Source of the DNA: Torpedo marmorata
Lineage: Eukaryota
Reading direction: 5' to 3'
DNA length: 64,000 bases
Assembly (NCBI GenBank): GCA_977017645.1
Contig: OZ360219.1
Coordinates: 266,414,001 to 266,478,000, forward strand
Shown: piece by piece, positions 59,908-64,000 of the stretch
Position numbering within the stretch: the first letter of the stretch is position 1
How the letters are laid out: each line of letters starts with the position of its first letter
Translations under genes and position numbers: made by a program
Notes under the pieces: generated by a model
What the model was told of the DNA's origin: nothing
The model's database searches: none
Seen by the model: only the letters and a program-made list of their open reading frames with translations

Positions 59908-62530
59908 AAGTAAGAGTCCTTAAATGAGTCTCTGATTTGACTTTGTCATTGAGGATTCTGATGGTAGAGGGGTAGGAGCTGTTCCTAAACCTGGTTGTGC
60001 AAGTCTTGTGGCACCTATACCTCTTTCCTTTTTTTTATTTTTTTTTAATTTTATTTAAATTTTTTAAATCACAGATTACATAAAATAATTTTGCATATAT
60101 TTCAAAAAATACATGTGATTTACATTTTCTCCCCCCCTTCCCACCTTCCCCTCCCTAACCCCTATATCCCCCTACTCTAAAATTAAAATAATATAGTAAA
60201 GAAAAAAAGAAAAAGAAAAGATAGAAAAATAGAATGAGGAGACAGCAAACTTAAAACTAATATACCTTAGAGGTTATTTTCGCCAGCGGATCCGATATCT
60301 AGAGAATTTACATTGTTAAACCCATAATCCTCATATATGGGCCCCAAATTTTCAAAAAAGAATGATACTTATTTCGTAAATTATAAGTAATTTTTTCTAA
60401 TGGTATACATGAACGTAACTCTGCATGCCATCGTTCTAAACTTAAATCAACATCCGATTTCCAAGTAATAGCTATACACTTTTTCGAAACTGCTAATACT
60501 ATACGTAAAAATTCTACTTGGTACATATTTAATCTATTTCTAATACTAAATTTTTTAATATCTCCAAATAAAAATAACATAGGATCCAGTATAAATCCAA
60601 CATTAAAAATTCTTTCTAAAAAATTCTTAACTTTCAACCAGAAATCTTGAATTTTTGAACATGACCATGTACAATGTACAAAAGAACCTATTTCAGTTTT
60701 ACATCTAAAACACATATCTGATAACGCTGGATTAAATTTCTTCAATTTTTTAGGTGTTAAATATAATTGATGAAAAAAATTATATTGTACTAATCTATAT
60801 CTCACATTGATAACTTTAGTCATACTTAATTTACATAAATCTTTCCAATGATTTTCATCTATATTAACATTTAAGTCTAATTCCCATTTTAATCTAGATT
60901 TATGCGCCCCTACTTTAGACATCTTTCTTTGAAACAGTTTATACATTTGTGATATAAACTTATTAATATTAGCTTTAGTAATTAACAATTCCAATTCATT
61001 TTGTCTTGGTGCTACTAATTCATTCCCTAATCTCTCAGTCAAAAAAGCTTTAACTTTGAAATAAACTAACATTGTATTATCAAATATATTAAATTTTTCT
61101 TTTAACCTTTGAAAAGTAATAAATCTACCAGCTTCAAAACAATCTTTAAAGTCTTAATTCCCTTTTGAAACCATAACTTAAGTAACTGATTATCAATAGA
61201 AAATGGTATAAGCGGATTTTGGTATATTGGTGTATTTAAAGAAATTGATCCTTTTGGACCTATGTCTTTATCTACCTGTGACCAAATTTCCAACAAATGA
61301 TTAATAATTGGTGTGTTTTTCTTTTTAACTGACAACAATTTAGAATTCCATTTGTAAATAATCTCTTCTTTATGTATTTCTCCTATATTATTCAATTCTA
61401 TATTAATCCAAGCAGACGATTTAGTCGAATCAAAAAATTCATTAATAAACTTTAATTGAGCTACTTTATAATAATACTGAAAATTGGGAAGTTGTAACCC
61501 TCCCATCTCATAATTCCATGTTAATTTATCTATACTTACTCTTGCCACCTTTCCTTTCCATAAAAATTTCCTAATAACAAATTTTAAATCTTTAAAAAAT
61601 GTATTTGGAATACCATAAGGAATCGATTGAAAAAGATATTGAATTCTTGGAAAAACATTCATTTTAATACAATTTACTCTTCCCATCAAAGTTATAGGTA
61701 GGTCTTTCCAAAGCTCTAAATCTTTTTTTATTTTCAGAAATAAGGGTATATAATTTAATTTATACAAATTTTCCAATTTTGTATCCACTTTAACTCCCAA
61801 ATATTTAATACTTTCTTTAGTCCATTTAAAGTCCGTAACTTCTTTACATCTAGTATAATCCCCTTGAGATAAAGCCAAAATCTCACTTTTATCTGAATTA
61901 ATTTCTATACCTCTTTCCTGATGGCAGTAGCGAGAACAGAGCGTGCGCTGGGTGGTGTGGGTCTTTGATGATTGCTGCTGCCCTCCGACAGCAGCGTTCC
62001 CTGTTGATGTACTCAATAGTGTGGAGGGTTTTGCCAGTAATGTCCTGGGCTGTGTCCACTACCTTTTGGACGGCTTTACACTCAGGGGAATTGGTGTTCC
62101 CATACCAGACCGTGATGCAGCCGGTCAGCACACTTTCCACCACACATCTGTCAAAATTTGCCAGGGTTTCTGGTGTCGTACCAAATCTCTGCACACTCCT
62201 GAGGAAGTAGAGGCACTGATGTGCTTTCTTCACGATGCCATTGGTGTGTTGGGTCCAGGAACGATCCTCCGAGATAGTGACTCCCAAGAACCTAAATTTG
62301 CTCACCCTCTCCACCTCTGATCCCCCAATGATCACTGTGTTGTATTCCTCTGGCTTTCCTTTCCTGAAGTCAACAATCAGCTCCTAAGTTTTGGTGACAA
62401 TGAGTGCAAGGTTGTTGTTTTTGCACCATTCAGCCAGGTTTTCAATCTCCATCCTGTATGCTGACTCGTCCCCTTCCTTTATGCAACCCACTACTGTGGT
62501 ATCGTCAGCAAATTTGTAGATGGTGTTATT
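59908..62530 (-). mobile_element. Rex1/Babar LINE (family B), split by a truncated L1
   Basis: ORF 61898-62335: VERVSKFRFLGVTISED.SWT...LLPSGKRY, continuing at 60014. Confidence 0.9.
60030..61904 (-). mobile_element. 5'-truncated L1 (ORF2 C-half, 3' UTR, poly-A)
   Basis: 15-bp TSD CTATACCTCTTTCCT (60015-29, 61905-19). ORFs 61102-62016 and 60308-61072 resemble the end of ORF 39993-42371. Confidence 0.95.
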
Positions 62531-62841
62531 GTTTGCCTTCATTGGTCAGGGCACTGAGTAAGGGAGCAGAGACATCATGTTATAGTGTACAGGACATTGG
62601 TGAAACTGCATTTCAAATATTTTTGTTGGAATATTGTGCGCACGTTTAATCATCTAGCCATAAGAAAGATATTGTTAAACTGGAAAAAGTGCAGAAAAGA
62701 TTAGAGAAAATGTTGCTGGACCAGGTAGTCTTGAATTATAAGTAGAGGGTGGATAGGCTGGGAGTTTTCTCTCTGGATCATAGGAAGCTAGTGGGGGGAA
62801 CTTAAGAGGATTATAAAATCATGACTGGCATAGGTAAATAG

Positions 62842-64000
62842 TCCATAGAACCATAGAACACTACAGCACAGAAACAGGCCCCTTCGGCCCTTCTCGACTG
62901 TGCCAAACCATTTTTTTTGCCTAGTCCCACTGACCTGCACCCAATCCATACCTCCCCCATCCATGTACCTGTCTTAAATGTTAAAATTGAGCCTGCATTC
63001 ACCATCTCAGTTGGCAGCTCGTTCCACACACACACCACTCTCTGTGTGAAGAAGTTCCCCCTCATGTTCCCCCTAAACTTTTCCCCTTTCACTCTTAACC
63101 CATGTCCTCTGGTTTGTACCTCACCTACCCTCAGTGGAAAAAGCCTATCTACATTTACTCTGTCTATCCCCCTCATAATTTTAAATACCTCTATCAGATC
63201 TCCCCACATTCTTCTACGCTCCAGGGAATAAAGTCCTAACTTGTTTAACCGTTCCCTGTAAATCAGTTCCTGAAGTCCAGACAACATCCTTGTAAATCTT
63301 CTCTGCACTCTTTCTATTTTATTGATATCTTTCCTGTAGTTAGGTGACGAAAACTGCACACAATACTCCAAATTTGGCCTCACCAATGTCTTATACAATT
63401 TACCATAACATCCCAGCTCCTATACTCAATACTTTGATTTATGAAGGCTAATATGCCAAAATCTCTCTTTACAACCCTATCCACCTGTGACACCACTTTC
63501 AGGGAATTATGTATCTGTATTCCCAGGTCCCTCTGTTCTACCGCACTCCTCCGTGTCCTACCATTCACTGTGTATGTCCTTTCTTGGTTTGTCCTTCCAA
63601 AATACAACACTTGTCTGCATTAAATTCCATCTGCCATTTTTTAGCCCATTTTTCCAGCTGGTCCATATCCCACTGCAAGCTTTGAAAACCTTCTTCGCTG
63701 TCCACAACGCCTCCAATCTTAGTGTCATCTGCAAACTTGCTGATCCAATTTACCACATTATCATCCAGATCATTGATATAGATAACAAACAACAATGTTC
63801 CCAGCACCGATCCCTGAGGCACACTACTAGTCAAAGGCCTCCAGTCTGAGAAACAATCATCCACCACTTCTGGGTTCTCCCGTCCAGCCATTGTCGAATC
63901 CAGTTTACTACTTCACCATGAATACCTAGCGTCCGAACCTTCAAGACTAACCTCCCATGCGGAACCTTGTCAAAGTCCTTACTAAAGTCCATGTAGACAA
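62842..64000 (-). mobile_element. CR1 LINE running off the window end
   Basis: VPQGSVLG, ISKFADDTKIGG, RPNLEYCVQF, GDLIEVFKIMRG. (catagaac)n tail at ~62843. Confidence 0.92.

Noticed and set aside
61102-62016. 304-aa ORF as a novel chimeric protein
   Set aside because: It is an accidental read-through from an alternative Rex1 frame across the TSD into truncated L1 ORF2.

Overview
Eukaryotic, repeat-dominated vertebrate DNA, most likely a cartilaginous fish (ray or shark). This is inferred from the repeat mix: CR1, Rex1/Babar, L1, Penelope-like GIY-YIG elements and V-core tRNA SINEs. No intact host gene, rRNA, tRNA or CRISPR array is recognisable, and nearly all ORFs in the track are transposon pieces or their antisense/low-complexity shadows. 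The window looks intronic or intergenic, with at most one weak exon candidate. Main content: two full-length L1 elements (one with intact ORF1) and two truncated L1s, all with readable target-site duplications (TSDs). Three of the four L1s sit co-oriented inside Rex1 LINEs at TC|ARGAA sites. Many Penelope-like termini carry minimal hammerhead-ribozyme motifs, including ~100-bp TSD-flanked mini-insertions and fold-back copies. There are four copies of a GC-rich non-coding retroposon with a Rex1-like tail, four kinds of non-autonomous DNA transposon (two with long internal palindromes), a domain-scrambled BEL/Pao fragment, a possible KDZ/Zisupton-like transposase relic, and a 60-bp locally templated insertion. 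All family assignments come from recognising motifs by eye; no database search was run. Boundaries are approximate unless a TSD or TIR is quoted.
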